Below are positions 1-11,781 of a stretch of 64,000 bases of DNA, piece after piece. The DNA is from Isurus oxyrinchus (lineage: Eukaryota), in NCBI GenBank assembly GCA_026770705.1, contig JANJGN010000009.1, forward strand, positions 79,794,001 through 79,858,000, written 5' to 3'. Both the position numbers and the translations under genes were made by a program. The notes under the pieces are model-generated. The model was not told the origin of the DNA. It worked only from the letters and a program-made list of their open reading frames with translations, and searched no databases. Numbering within the stretch: the stretch's first letter is position 1; each line of letters opens with the position of its first letter.

Positions 1-678
1 GAGTATTTAAGAAATAAATGCTGTCGTTTAAAGAATGGCATCATGATTTTGCCATAGTGATACTTCCTCTTTAATGGAACAACACTTCCTCTCTGGTGAC
101 GTTTTTTTAAACTTTAAAGGCCTGTGGTAGACATTCTGGGGGGATGCATCTTGGGCATCTTAGAGAATTAAGGATTATTGTCAAACTTCTTTGTATCTTG
201 AGCAATTGGTCTTCTAGGATACATAGGGTGGGCTTTTAAGTGTTGACAGACAAATCTTGCCTTCTGATATAAAAAGTGCTTGTGTATAGAAATACATGAG
301 ACTAATGAAGTCAACCATGAGTGATTAAGGTCCAGCTTTAGACATTTAGGTATAAAGAAAGGCAGATGATTGATTAACTGTAGTATAGAAAGATAAAGCC
401 TGTTTTTCAAAGAGTTTAGGAATAGTTAAGTCAGTAACTCTTTTAAGGAAGATAAACAGCTACAACTACTTGCACGAGTTGACAGGGCTGGATTTACTGC
501 AGCCAATGTTGGTGCGAAACTTGGCAGTTGGGCCCACTTAATCATGGGAAAGGCAATTAAGCTGAAGGCTGGAAGGGACTCACGAGGGAAACTTGCCTGC
601 TCACGGTGGGATGTCAATTAGGCTTATTATTGAGCCAATTGACAACAATTATCCTTGAGCCCAACAGAATTTAGTGGA

Positions 679-2069
679 TAAAAACAAAGAAAACTGCGGA
701 TGCTGGAAATCCAAAACAAAAACAGAATTACCTGGAAAAACTCAGCAGGTCTGGCCGCATCGGTGGAGAAGAAAAGAGTTGACGTTTCGAGTCCTCATGA
801 CCCTTTGACAGAACTTGATTTCGAGTCCAAGAAAGAGTTGAAATATAAGCTGGTTTAAGGTGTGTGTGTGGGGGGCGGAGAGATAGAGAGAGAGAGAGGT
901 GGTTGTGTGGACAAACAAGCAGTGATAGAAGCAGATCATCAAAAGATGTCAGCAACAATGGTACAATAGGACACATAGGTGTTAAAGTTAAAGTTGGTGA
1001 TATTATCTAAACGAATGTGCTAATTAAGAATGGATGGTAGGGCACTCAAGGTACAGCTCTAGTGGGGGTGGAGGGAGCATAAAAGATTTTAAAATATTTA
1101 AAAATAATGGAAATAGGTGGGAAAAGAAAAATCTATATAATTTATTGGGAAAAAAAAGGGGGGAAAAAACAGATAGGGGGTGGGGATGGGGGAGGGAGCT
1201 CACGACCTAAAGTTGTTGAATTCAATATTTAGACCGGAAGGCTGTAAGGTGCCTAGTCGGAAGATGAGGTGTTGTTCCTCCAGTTTGCGTTGGGCTTCAC
1301 TGGAACAATGCAGCAAGCCAAGGACAGACATGTGGGCAAGAGAGCAGGGTGGAGTGTTAAAATGGCAAGCGACAGGGAGGTTTGGGTCATTCTTTGACCC
1401 AAACCTCCCTGTCGCTTGCCATTTTAACACTCCACCCTGCTCTCTTGCCCACATGTCTGTCCTTGGCTTGCTGCATTGTTCCAGTGAAGCCCAACGCAAA
1501 CTGGAGGAACAACACCTCATCTTCCGACTAGGCACCTTACAGCCTTCCGGTCTAAATATTGAATTCAACAACTTTAGGTCGTGAGCTCCCTCCCCCATCC
1601 CCACCCCCTATCTGTTTTTTCCCCCTTTTTTTTCCCAATAAATTATATAGATTTTTCTTTTCCCACCTATTTCCATTATTTTTAAATATTTTAAAATCTT
1701 TTATGCTCCCTCCACCCCCACTAGAGCTGTACCTTGAGTGCCCTACCATCCATTCTTAATTAGCACATTCGTTTAGATAATATCACCAACTTTAACTTTA
1801 ACACCTATGTGTCCTATTGTACCATTGTTGCTGACATCTTTTGATGATCTGCTTCTATCACTGCTTGTTTGTCCACACAACCACCTCTCTCTCTCTCTAT
1901 CTCTCCGCCCCCCACACACACACCTTAAACCAGCTTATATTTCAACTCTTTCTTGGACTCGAAATCAAGTCTGTCGAAGGGTCATGAGGACTCGAAACGT
2001 CAACTCTTTTCTTCTCCGCCGATGCTGCCAGACCTGCTGAGTTTTTCCAGGTAATTCTGTTTTTGTTTT
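679..2069. mobile_element. Palindromic (tail-to-tail inverted) Penelope-like element insertion: two copies of the 3' ~690 bp (GIY-YIG C-terminus plus 3' region)
   Basis: Flanked by a 13-bp TSD AGAATTTAGTGGA (666-678, 2070-2082). Arms fold about a 5-nt loop at 1390-1394. Mirror-image ORFs 1180-1584(+) and 1200-1604(-) encode ...PVACHFN...LEEQHLIFRLGTLQPSGLNIEF, matching the end of the 47-50 kb element. Confidence 0.92.
1967..2006 (+). ncRNA. Minimal type I hammerhead ribozyme-like motif in the Penelope 3' end (CUGUCGA core variant)
   Basis: AGT-CTGTCGA-A-GGGTC-ATGAG-GACTC-GAAA-CG-TC-AACT: stem II GGGUC/GACUC, GAAA, palindromic ACGU stem III, GUC site at 1999-2001. A mirror copy lies at 776-816 on the minus strand (core CUGUCAA). 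Confidence 0.65.
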
Positions 2070-2674
2070 AGAATTTAGTGGAGGCTCAGGGATTAAATGT
2101 GAATGACATTACTTATCCACACCCTTTGAATGCTGCCTGTGCCTTTGAGGGCGGGTCCCTCTTTCAAAGGTACTCAGTGCCTGATTGAGGGATCTGGCAT
2201 TGTGAAGGGGAATGTGACTGCTGAAAGCCAACCCCCCTGCTCTTGCCTCCAATCCCCATGTGACCCCTCCATCCCACCTCACTCACTCACCTGAGTCTAG
2301 GGATCCATAAACAATCCTTGTCAAAGACACTGGAGTCAGCCTCTGATTGACCAGCAGCTCTCAACGAGTGGGATTTCTGGCATCATGAATTATTATCTAT
2401 GACATTTACCTTTGATATAGATAAAATATAATGTATAAAGGAGCATGGTTTTTAATGGTTCTTTACAGAATTCAAAAGATAGGAATTAAAGCTGAAAGCT
2501 CCTCTGTTTTCCGGTTGAGCTGATCATTCAAGCTAGTCATGAATAAAGGCTATTCCATATACCATATGAAGAAGTGTCTTACTCAATGTGTTGTGAACCA
2601 TAGACCATAGAACTAAGAACCTGGTCTTTGTTTGACTGAATTTAAATGAACAATTTACACAGAAAAGTGCCTAC

Positions 2675-2782
2675 CTTTCCCTCTTTGATTTTCACAGCAA
2701 TGATCTGCTTCCTTTGCCTAATAATGTCCATCAGCTCATCGCATTCCTCTTTCAGTTTGCTCTCTTGTATTGCAGTGTTTAC
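2675..2782 (-). CDS. MID2: Internal coding exon (108 bp, phase 0/0) of a MID2/TRIM1-like E3 ligase, coiled-coil region
   Basis: Minus strand reads ...ctgacag|GTAAAC...GGAAAG|gtagg and translates to [36 protein letters not shown]. This matches the recalled MID2 exon ([36 protein letters not shown]) better than MID1. Canonical AG/GT ends. Not in the ORF track. Confidence 0.9.
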
Positions 2783-2954
2783 CTGTCAGCAAATATCAAT
2801 GCAACTGTTATCTTCTATTCTTCAAGAATTCATTGACTCTCAGTCTAGTATTCCAAGTCTTAGTGCAAACATAGAAGTAGATTGGTAACCTTTTTGCTTT
2901 GGCTATTATTCATCATTGATGTTATTCTTTGCACGGAGTTTGAGTGTGCTGTTT

Positions 2955-3425
2955 CCTCTCGAGTGTGATGGAATGCTTCCCATACCTGGGAATTGCATTT
3001 AGCTCCAATAACACCATCTGAGACAAAGTAGTGTGTTTGATTGGCACCCCATCCACTGGCCTAAAGCAGCTGCTTCCTCTACGATCAGCGGGTTGTGACG
3101 GCCGTGTACTATCTGTACTGGATGCAGTGTAGCAATTCAACATGGCTTCTTTGGCAGCACCTCCCAAACCCATGACTTCTACCGCCAAGATGGACAAATG
3201 CAGCATCTGCATGGAAATACCATTACCCTCAACTTCCCCTCCAAGACACATACCCCACTCACTTGGATATATATTGTTTCCTCAACATTGCTGGGTCAAA
3301 TTCATGGAATTCCCTACCTAATAGCATTGTGGGAGCACTTCGCCACACAAGCTGAAGAAGTTCAAGAAGAAAGATCATCACCACTTTCTCAAGGGCCACA
3401 GACGCTAGGGATTCCCAAATCTCAA
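2955..3425 (+). mobile_element. Decayed HER1-like LINE 3' fragment
   Basis: Similar to the reverse complement of 7300-7900 (gagtgtgatggaat..., gggtcaaaattcatggaattccct..., ttcaagaag...caccac...caagggc). Confidence 0.6.
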
Positions 3426-3684
3426 ATTAATTTAAAAAAAAAACTTCGAACTAGGGCCAGGTAACATTCCAACCAAGAATGTCTTAGCATAAGTTGGAAA
3501 ATTCATTGACTTAAATTACTGAAAGCTATACTTCATTTCTTTATTCTAGCAAATACTGTACAATACAAGCACTGCTCGTTCAGGTATTGCACTGATGAAG
3601 TTCAAAACCCACCCTAATGTACCCCATCTTCAGAAAACCACCTCCTACTGTACTAGTGGGGCACTAATTACCCACACCACACAT

Positions 3685-4367
3685 CGGCCTGAATTTTCCC
3701 GTTGGCGATTTGGGGGCGGGCACCGCTCGCCGATGGGAAAATGACGCGGGATGATGTCGGGAGGAACCCCCAACGTCATCCCGGTCCCTTTAAATTTTTA
3801 GGAAGGTGGACGGACAAGAGCCAATTAAGGCCATTGACAGGCTAATTAAGATAATTAAAGACCTGCCTGTCCAACCTTAAGGCTGGCAGGCAGGCCAGGC
3901 CCCAGTGGACTTCTGATAAAGCATGAAACCTTATCCACTGGCGGGATGAGGTTTCATGTCCATTTTTAAAAAGTCTAATAAAGTTTATGTCATTTTTATT
4001 AACATGTCCCATCTCGTGTGACATTGTCACATGAGGGGGACATGTTAATAATTTTTTAATTTTTCTATTTTTTGACTTTTCTTACCTGTCACTAATCTCT
4101 CTGAGACAGGACTTTGCCTCAGGGAACAGTGCGGTCTTTCCTGCGCATGCGCAAAAGAGTGCACTTTGACAGATGGGGAAATTCACCCCCCCCGCCCCCC
4201 CACCCACACACACAGGAAGCGCATAATGCTTCCTGTTGGGCAGGCTGCTGGGCAGTCCTTCGTTGGCCTGCCCACTCAAAATGGCTGCGGGCCCCGTTTC
4301 GGGTCGGCTGTCTGCCTTCCGCTGAGCTGGTGGGGCCTGCCCGCCATCTGAGGGCAAAATTCTGCCG
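3685..4367. mobile_element. Non-autonomous PIF/Harbinger-type MITE (~680 bp family)
   Basis: TIRs cGGCCTGAATTTT / AAAATTCTGCCG. Internal family palindromes ccaaccttaagg and acatgtccc...gggacatgt. Confidence 0.75.
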
Positions 4368-4491
4368 ATCATGTGGGCCTCTGAGTATGATTACCAATTT
4401 TGTACCATAAATAGGGCCAGTTTTGTGCTGTAAGATTATACGTACTGGCAACTAGATTGGGAGTGCCCAAATCCATTGCAAGTAGAATCCT

Positions 4492-4630
4492 CATAGAAAA
4501 GCAAAATAATGCAGATGCTGGAAATCGGAAATAGAAACAGAAAATGTTGGAAATACTCAGCAGGTCAGGCAGCACCTATGGAGATAGAAACAGAGTTAAC
4601 GTTTCAGGTTGATGAACTTTCATCAGAAGA
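4492..4630 (-). mobile_element. 139-bp Penelope 3'-end insertion (tail to hammerhead only)
   Basis: 12-bp TSD AAGTAGAATCCT (4480-4491, 4631-4642). Sequence homologous to the Penelope tail (gcagatgctggaaatc...actcagcaggtc). Confidence 0.8.
4593..4629 (-). ncRNA. Hammerhead ribozyme-like motif with canonical CUGAUGA core
   Basis: Minus strand reads TT-CTGATGA-AAGTT-CATC-AACCT-GAAA-CG-TT-AACTC. Stems are partly degenerate. Confidence 0.6.
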
Positions 4631-4799
4631 AAGTAGAATCCTTGCTGGCAGATGAGGGAAGAGACTTTCTATCTATGCATATAAACTGAATTTGAATCAA
4701 CATATTGGAGGTGAAAAGAATTTGCAATAATCCCACAAGCTAATTTTTATTTGGTTTGTTGTTGCCTTGTATGAAATAAATAGATTACTAAATTGCCAA

Positions 4800-5315
4800 C
4801 AACAAGTTGTATTTATTTAGCATCTTTGACATTATAAAAGACTCCAAGGTGCTTCACAGGAGAGTTATAAAGCAAAATTTGTTACCAAACCACACAAGGA
4901 GATTTTAGGGTAGATAACCAAAAGCTTGACACAAGAGGTAGGCTTTAAGGAGCACGTTAAAGGAGTAAAGGGAGGTGGAGGTTTAGGGAAGAAATTTTAG
5001 AGCTTATGGCTCAGGCAGCTGACTGCATGGCTGCCAAGTGTAGAGCAGTGAAAACCAGGAACATTCAGGAGACCAGAATCAGAAAAATTCATACATCGGA
5101 GGGTTGTAGGGCTGAAGGAGATTACAGGAAAAGGGAGGGGTGAGGATTTCAGAACAAGGATGAGATTTTTAAAAATTGAGGCATTACTTAACCAGGAGCC
5201 AATTTAGATTCAAGACACAAGACTGATGAGTGAATGGGTATAAGTTAGGATTCGGTAAGCAGAGTTTTGATGGCCTCAATTTTATGAAGGATAGAATGTG
5301 GAAGGCCAGTCTAGC
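4800..5315 (-). mobile_element. L2-type LINE 3' fragment
   Basis: L2-like tail (ttgtatttatttagcatcttt...ccaaggtgcttcacagg...gaggtaggctttaaggagc) followed by degenerate ORF2-end sequence. Confidence 0.6.
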
Positions 5316-5845
5316 ATGTGTTAGAATTCCATTTTCTACAGTAATCCTGCAATAGCCCTTGACTTCATATCTGCCCATTATTTTTTAATGTCAAGTTAAA
5401 CAGTTAAGTAACTGCTCACATTATAAAAGGGCTGTTACATACTGTGGGTAATGGTGAATCTTAGCAAAATGGCACAGCACCACTTATAAAGTATGGTAGT
5501 TGAATAACTATGTCTCTAAACTCATAACTCAAAGGTCATCAGTTCAAATTCCACCATGGTGAAACTGAATTTTGTGTGGGTTTGTACTGGAAAAATAGCC
5601 AATAGTTAAAACTCAACAGGTTTACCAATGTCCTTTAGGGAAGGGAATGTGCCATCATTACCCAGTCTAACTATCTCCGCATATATCCTTTCCTGGGAGA
5701 GGATAGACCCACAAAAGTTGTGAACAGCGGTATACTGTTGGATGGGCATGGGTTTGTGAGCCCTCAGCATGGAATTATTCTTTAGTATTTTATGCCAAAC
5801 AAGGCCAAGGCACCCCTTAAAGAATAACATATGAACTAAGACCAG

Positions 5846-6484
5846 GGGCAGAAATTTCCCCCAATAGAGGAGGTTGTGTGGGGGGCGGTGGGTGGGGGGG
5901 GGGAGGGGGGAGATGAACCCAATCTGTGCCCCCGATCGGGGCTGTACCGCCAGTTTATGTGGGCGGGCCAATTAAGGCCCTCCCAGCGTGAAGCATGCCT
6001 GAAAGCACTGAGCGGTCCCTGAGCGAGGGGGGGGCGGAGGATTCCCTGAGTCAGGGCCTGCGCTCTTCCACACAAAAAGGTGCCTCAGGGAGATTAGTTT
6101 AAGTTTCAAAAATTTAAATAAGGAAAATAAAAAAAATTAGGACATGTCCCCTCATGTGACAGCATCACTTGAGCTGGGATATGTCAATGAACATTAATGG
6201 AAAAATTTATTAAATTTATAAACCCCTCATGAAACCTCATCCCACCTGTGGATGAGGTTCCATGAAAAATGCAAAGGCCGCCTGAGCTCTTTGCCTGCCC
6301 AGCAACCTTAAGGTTGGACGGACAGCTCAGTTTATTACTTTAATTGCTTTTTAAATGGCCCTAATAGGCCTTTGACAGTTTGGTGGGTGGGCAGCCGACT
6401 CAGCTGCATGCCCGCCGAACTGAAAATCTAAATGACGCGCAGTGATGTCCAACGTCACCGCTGACCGACCCGAAAATTCTTCCC
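5846..6484. mobile_element. Harbinger-type MITE
   Basis: TIRs GGGCAGAAATTT / AAAATTCTTCCC with 3-bp TSD CAG on both sides. Confidence 0.8.
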
Positions 6485-6487
6485 CAG

Positions 6488-7030
6488 GAGTAGGTCATAC
6501 AGCCTCTTGAGCCTGCTCCACCATTCAATAAGATAATGGCTGCTTTTTTACATCACGTCCCATCCTATTGCCATATCCCTTTACTCTATTGGTGCCCAAA
6601 AATCTATTGGTTTCAGTCTCGAGTATACTCATTGACCAAGCTTCCACAGCACTTTGGAACAAAGAATGTTCTAGAATGGAGTGAAGGTTCAAGAAGGCAT
6701 CTCACCACCACCCACTCAAGGGCAATTAGGGATGGGCAATAAATTCTGGCCCAGCCAGTGATACCCACATTCCATCAATGAATGAAAGAAAAGAACTTCA
6801 AAGATTCACAACACTCAGAGAGAAGAATTCTCCTTATCTCTGTTATAAATGGCTGACCCATCATCCTGAGATGAAGAATCCTAGTCCTAGACTGTCCAGC
6901 TATGGGAAACAGCCTCTCAGCATTTACCCTTCTCAAGCTCTGTAAGACATTTATACACTTCTATGAAATCACCTCCTATTCTTCTAAAGCCCAGGCAACA
7001 TAGACCTATTCTACCCTGTCTGTCCTCACA
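6488..7030 (-). mobile_element. CR1 3' fragment with a HER1/HE1-like tail piece nested at ~6680-6790
   Basis: ggagtaggtcatacagcctcttgagcctgctccaccattcaataagat is the CR1 3' UTR motif in reverse. The nested piece reads caagggcaattagggatgggcaataaa. Confidence 0.6.
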
Positions 7031-7294
7031 GGGCAGCTATCTTAGAAATCAAATACGAAGAAAAGGTTGAATAAGCCTTTGTTAGAATAGAAGATTGTGG
7101 GTGATTTGATAAAGATGTCTCTATGCAGGGGTCAGACAGGGTAAATAAAAACAACTGTTTCCAGCTATTGATGGATATAGGACCAGGGGATATGGATGCG
7201 GGAGAAACATTTTTTAATCCAGAGGGTTGTGAATCATCACTGTAATTTGTGATTGACGCACAAAAGGAGGTCGCCTTGGGATCCAGCCCAGTTT

Positions 7295-8630
7295 AAAAAA
7301 TTCATTTATAGGATGTGGGCTCACTGGTTAGGCCAGCATTTATTGCCCATCCCAAATTGCTCTTGAGAAGGTGATGGTGAGCTGCCTTCTTGAACCAATG
7401 GAGTCCACATGGTGTAGGTACACCAGGTGGGAGGGAAGGAGGGAGTTCCAGGATTTTGACCCAGCCACAGTGAAGGAATGGTGAAACATTTCCAACTCAG
7501 GATGGTGTGAGGATTGGACAGGAACTTCCAGGTGCTGGTGTTCCCATGTGTGTGCTGCCCTTGTCTTTCTAGATGGTAGAGGTTGTGGTTTTGGAAGGTG
7601 CTCCCTAAGGAGCCTTGGTGAGTTCCTGCAGTTTGTCTTGTAGATGGTACACACTGCTGCCACTGTGCGTCGGTGGTTAAGGGAGTGAATGTTTGTGGAT
7701 GGGGTGCCAATCAAGTGGACTGCTTTGTCCTGGAGGGTGTCGAGCTTCTTGAGTGTTGTTGGAGCTGCACTCATCCAGGCAAGTGGGGAGTATTCCATCA
7801 CACTCCTGACTTGTGCCCTGTAGATGGTGGACAGGTTTTGGGGAGTCAGGAGGTGAGTTACTTGCCACAGGATTCCGAGCCTCTGACCTGCTCTTGAAGG
7901 CACAGTATTTATATGGCTAGTCCAGTTCAGTTTCTGGTCAATTGTAACCCCAAGTGGTTATTATGGGGGGATTCAATGACGTCCCTGAATGTCAAGGGAC
8001 GATGCTTAGATTCTCACTTGCTGGAAGTGGTCATTGCCTGACACTTGTGTGGCATGAATGTTACTTGCCACTTGTCAGCCCAAGCCTGGATATTGTCCAG
8101 ATGGAGTGAATCAAATTGGCTGAAGAATAACATTTGTGATGCTGGGGACCTCTGGAGTAGGCCAAGATGGAACATCCAGTTGGCACTTCTGGCTGAAGAT
8201 TGTTGCAAATGTTTCAGCCTTATCTTTTGCACTGATGTGCTGAGCTCCCCCATCATTGAGGATGGGGATAGTTATGCAGCCTCCTCCTCCGGTGTGTTGT
8301 TTAATTGTCCACCACCTTTTACAACTGGATGTGGCAGGACTGCAGAGCTTAGATCTGATCTGTTGGTTGTGGGATTGCTTAGCTCTGTCTATCACTTGCT
8401 GCTTACGCTGTTTGGCAGGCAAGTAGTCCTGTGATGTAGCTTCACCAGGTTGACACCTCAGTTTTAGGTATGCCTGGTTCTGCTCCTGGGATGCCTTCCT
8501 ACGCTGTTCATTGAACCAGGGTTGATCCCCTGGCTTGGTGGTAATGGTAGAGGGGAAGATATGTCGGGCATTGAGGTTACAGGCTGTGGTTGAGTACAAT
8601 TCTGTTGCTGCCTAGTCTTGAGTTGCTAGA
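7295..8630 (-). mobile_element. HER1-like LINE fragment (ORF2 remnants plus 3' tail)
   Basis: ORFs 7340-7903 (RSVMEYSPLAWMSAAPTTLKKLDTLQDKA), 8014-8256 and 8111-8599 (KPGDQPWFNEQ). Tail ...tgggcaataaatgctggcc. Confidence 0.8.
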
Positions 8631-9167
8631 TCAGGCTTGTAGTTAGGTCTGGACTCCTAAATACTGAGGGGGGAGAGAATGATATTCTTTGAAATTTTTA
8701 ATGTTTTCTCCTCACCTGTTAATTAGCAACTCTGGATTACGTTAAGCATGAGGGAGAGAAAGAAAATCAGAGTTTCTATACTCGTAACCGTTCTTTCGGC
8801 CCTGCTGGAATTGCTGTGTATCCATTGTCTCAGATTTGGACCTTGTACTGAACATCCCATCAAAAGCCCTGTCTAAGACAATACTTGAGCAAGGTTACCA
8901 GAAACTATTACTGCTGTGGAAAATTAGCTTGAGTTTTTGCCTTTTGCGGGGAGGAGGAGGGATAAGGGAAGAAAAGGAAGGTTAATAGTTACTAAAGTTT
9001 TGAGATGTCTCATTTCTCACTCTTTGGCCATTCCTCAAAACAAAACCATTTACTAGAGCGCCTTTTGTTTCTTATCATTCAAAAGAATGAACGTCTTTAG
9101 AAAGTAATCATCATTGATAAAATTCTTTTGTTTGACAAGGGAGAAGCCTTGTGTTTTTTTCTGCAAT

Positions 9168-10337
9168 GGCTGGAATTTTCCAAAAAGGCGAGACAGCCAA
9201 AAATCAGTTTCTCGCCATTGTGAAACCAGCTTGCAATTGTTTGCTCCACCCGTCAATGGTGTGCTGCGTTTCCCACCACCGCACACCGGGAACTTAATTT
9301 CAGTCCTTTGGCATCTCTTTATAAGCCCTGCTTGCCGGAATCATCCCCCTACGCTGGACCATCCATGCTTCATGCCGATGTGTTTCACAACTGTACATAA
9401 GTGACGTGCACCTGACGAGTTGCATTTCACTTGGGACTTTGATGTTTGTTTGCCTACCTTGCATTAGCAGCACTCGCAGTCATCATGCCAGGCTTCACAG
9501 GCAGCACCGCATCACTTTTAGGGTGGCTCATGGGAAGGTCTTTACCTACCAGACCAGGCAAAATGCAGGGATAGCTTTTCAATGGCTGTATGGCTAGGGC
9601 TTGCTTGGAGAAGGGGGAGAAGTGGCCCCACGCAAAGGAAGAGGGTAACCCAGGGTGTATGTGGGGGCGCATGTTGATTTTTGCAAGTGGCCTCAAGATG
9701 GTGAAGGCTGAGGAGGCAATCTCCAGAGGAGATGAAGCCAGATGGAGATGTGAGGGTGTGTGAGAGAGTGAATGTGATGTCCCTTGAGCTGCCAGTGAGT
9801 GAGATGCCAGTGAATGTGTAATGGCCTTGCAATGTGAGAGTTTAGAGTGATGAGATGATTGCCTTACCCTGGCAGCATGGGTGAGATCATTCATCCTCTT
9901 TCTGCACTGGACGGCCAACCTCTTGTGTGCAGCATTAGCGCTGACCACCACTGTCACCACCTCCCAAGCTGGAGTGGTGAGACTGATGGGCCTCCTGTGG
10001 CCAGAGGAGGGGTAGTGGAGATCACGGTGGGCTTCCACGATGTCCAGAAGGCATCCCAGGAATACGTCACTGAATTGGGAAGCAATACTGTTCTTTGCTT
10101 CTGGGGCCATGTTTTCGCCAGAGCAGTCCTGGGCTGCAAGCATTGAGAAATGTGCGCACAGCTGCAGTTTAAATATGACACCCTGCGTGAGGGAGCAGCA
10201 TGTTTCCTGTGGCTGCATAATTAATGAGGCAGGAATGGGACAATACAGTGTGAAAACTTGCTATTGTGGCCAGCGAGTAAAATGACTTTTTCGCCACCCC
10301 CTACCGCATTTTGTCGAAATCTGGGACGATTCCACCC
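9168..10337 (-). mobile_element. Internally deleted Harbinger element retaining the Myb/SANT-like ORF start
   Basis: TIR-like ends GGCTGGAAT / ATTCCACCC with AAT on both flanks. ORF 9454-10218 contains LLDIVEAHRD...PAWEVVTVVVSANAAHKRLAVQCRKRMNDL, a Myb/SANT-like (trihelix) domain typical of the second Harbinger protein. Confidence 0.8.
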
Positions 10338-10882
10338 AATGATACTACTATCTATAAAGTTATTTGTTTCCACAAAATTTACTTCATGATTTCTTGTGTT
10401 TTAGTGGGAGGAAAGCAAAATACCATCCATTTTCTTCTGAAGACTGTGCCCTTTTAAAAATACTGCCTGAGGATTGCTCATTCATAGTCTCAGTTGCAGC
10501 TATATACTGCTCAGCCTGCTGAGTTTGGGCAGAAAAGGAGGCTGACACAATTGGACAAGTCTCAAATGTACTGGATCTCAGATGTACTGCCTTTGAGAAG
10601 AGGAGGGGTGGATACCGGTCATGCGCTTTCCACTAAAACAGCTGGACAATTAGGAGCAATTCCGTAGAAATATCACTTACAAATAAGGAGTTATGAGCCA
10701 TATAGGTAGTCTAGCAGAAAACAACTTTAATGTTTCAAATGTCTAGCTAAATAGTTCTAGATGTGTACACAATGAAACTGGAGAAGCAATTGTTGTCCTT
10801 GATTAAACCAATCATGGAACTAGTGAAGGCTTGGTGTTTGAGAAGTGGTCATGTTTTTAGAAGGGCATTAAAAAGACCACAG

Positions 10883-11014
10883 AGATAAAAACAAAAAAAC
10901 TGCGGATGCTAGAAATCCAAAACGAAGGGTCATGAGTACTCGAAACGTCAACTCTTTTCTTCTCCACCGATGCTGCCAGACCTGCTGAGTTTTTCCAGGT
11001 AATTCTGTTTTTGT
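10883..11014. mobile_element. 132-bp tail-to-tail Penelope mini-insertion
   Basis: 16-bp TSD ATTAAAAAGACCACAG (10867-10882, 11015-11030). About 40 bp of antisense tail is joined to a sense segment that starts inside the hammerhead (gaagggtcatgag) and ends at ccaggtaattctgtttttgt. Confidence 0.88.
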
Positions 11015-11781
11015 ATTAAAAAGACCACAGGCTGCTTTCAGTGATCATCAAAACAAATGTACTACTTATTTGTCTTCTAAAACTTCAACAGCTAGCTATA
11101 AACTTCAACAGTCCAATTTATCTTGCGAACTCTTTCCAGGTGTAATGGCTCTGTCAGGAATATTTATAGCCATTACAGAAAAATAAAAGTAGCCTCATTT
11201 GTCCATTCTGGAAGCTCCAATGAGCTGCTCGCCTTTCTAATTGTTTTCAAGATTTGGTTTGTGCTTTGTCTGTCAAATGTGTTGTTTTTTTCATAGGGCC
11301 ACTTTCCCCACAGAAGAAAATGTTTGACATTTATTTGTGTTCTGGGAACGAGAAGATTGGACATAATTTTACTGATAATGTCATTACACAACTAGAACAT
11401 TGATTAACTTCACTGCTGTTTTCTATCTGGTGGATCAAATTGAAAAGGGAATATGATAGATTTATGGCAGAGAAATTGAGGAGGATGCGAAATGATTCAG
11501 ATGTATGAGACAGAACAGAGTATGACATTTGAGCTTTGGGGCTGACCAAGTGGATCATAATTGTCTATTTTGATCTGACTCATTACTATGTTTCTATAGT
11601 ATTGTATAATGTGTTTTTTTTTAATTCTGAGGTCATATGTAGTATGGGTCAGATAAAGGGTAAAGCTTCTTGGACATGCTTAAACATTTTCTGAACTTAT
11701 GTGGTATGGATTATTGCAAAGCAACCTTTGCACTGCTCATCAAGTACTCTCAGTCAGCAGAGAGAGAAGACACTTTCTTTT

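Larger units (their letters stand above)
485..2390. mobile_element. Degenerate Harbinger-type MITE interrupted by the Penelope palindrome
   Basis: Begins with a GGGCTGGATTT TIR-like motif and continues after the TSD at 2083 with the same GC-rich MITE-like sequence. The right end is unclear. Confidence 0.4.

Noticed and set aside
1180-1604. Two overlapping near-identical 134-aa ORFs as a sense/antisense gene pair
   Set aside because: An automatic consequence of the palindrome: each ORF is half antisense and half sense GIY-YIG C-terminus.
9454-10218. Domesticated Myb/SANT host gene (MSANTD/NAIF1-like)
   Set aside because: It lies between TIRs in a deleted element, runs into intron-like sequence, and has a decayed paralog at 33.5 kb.
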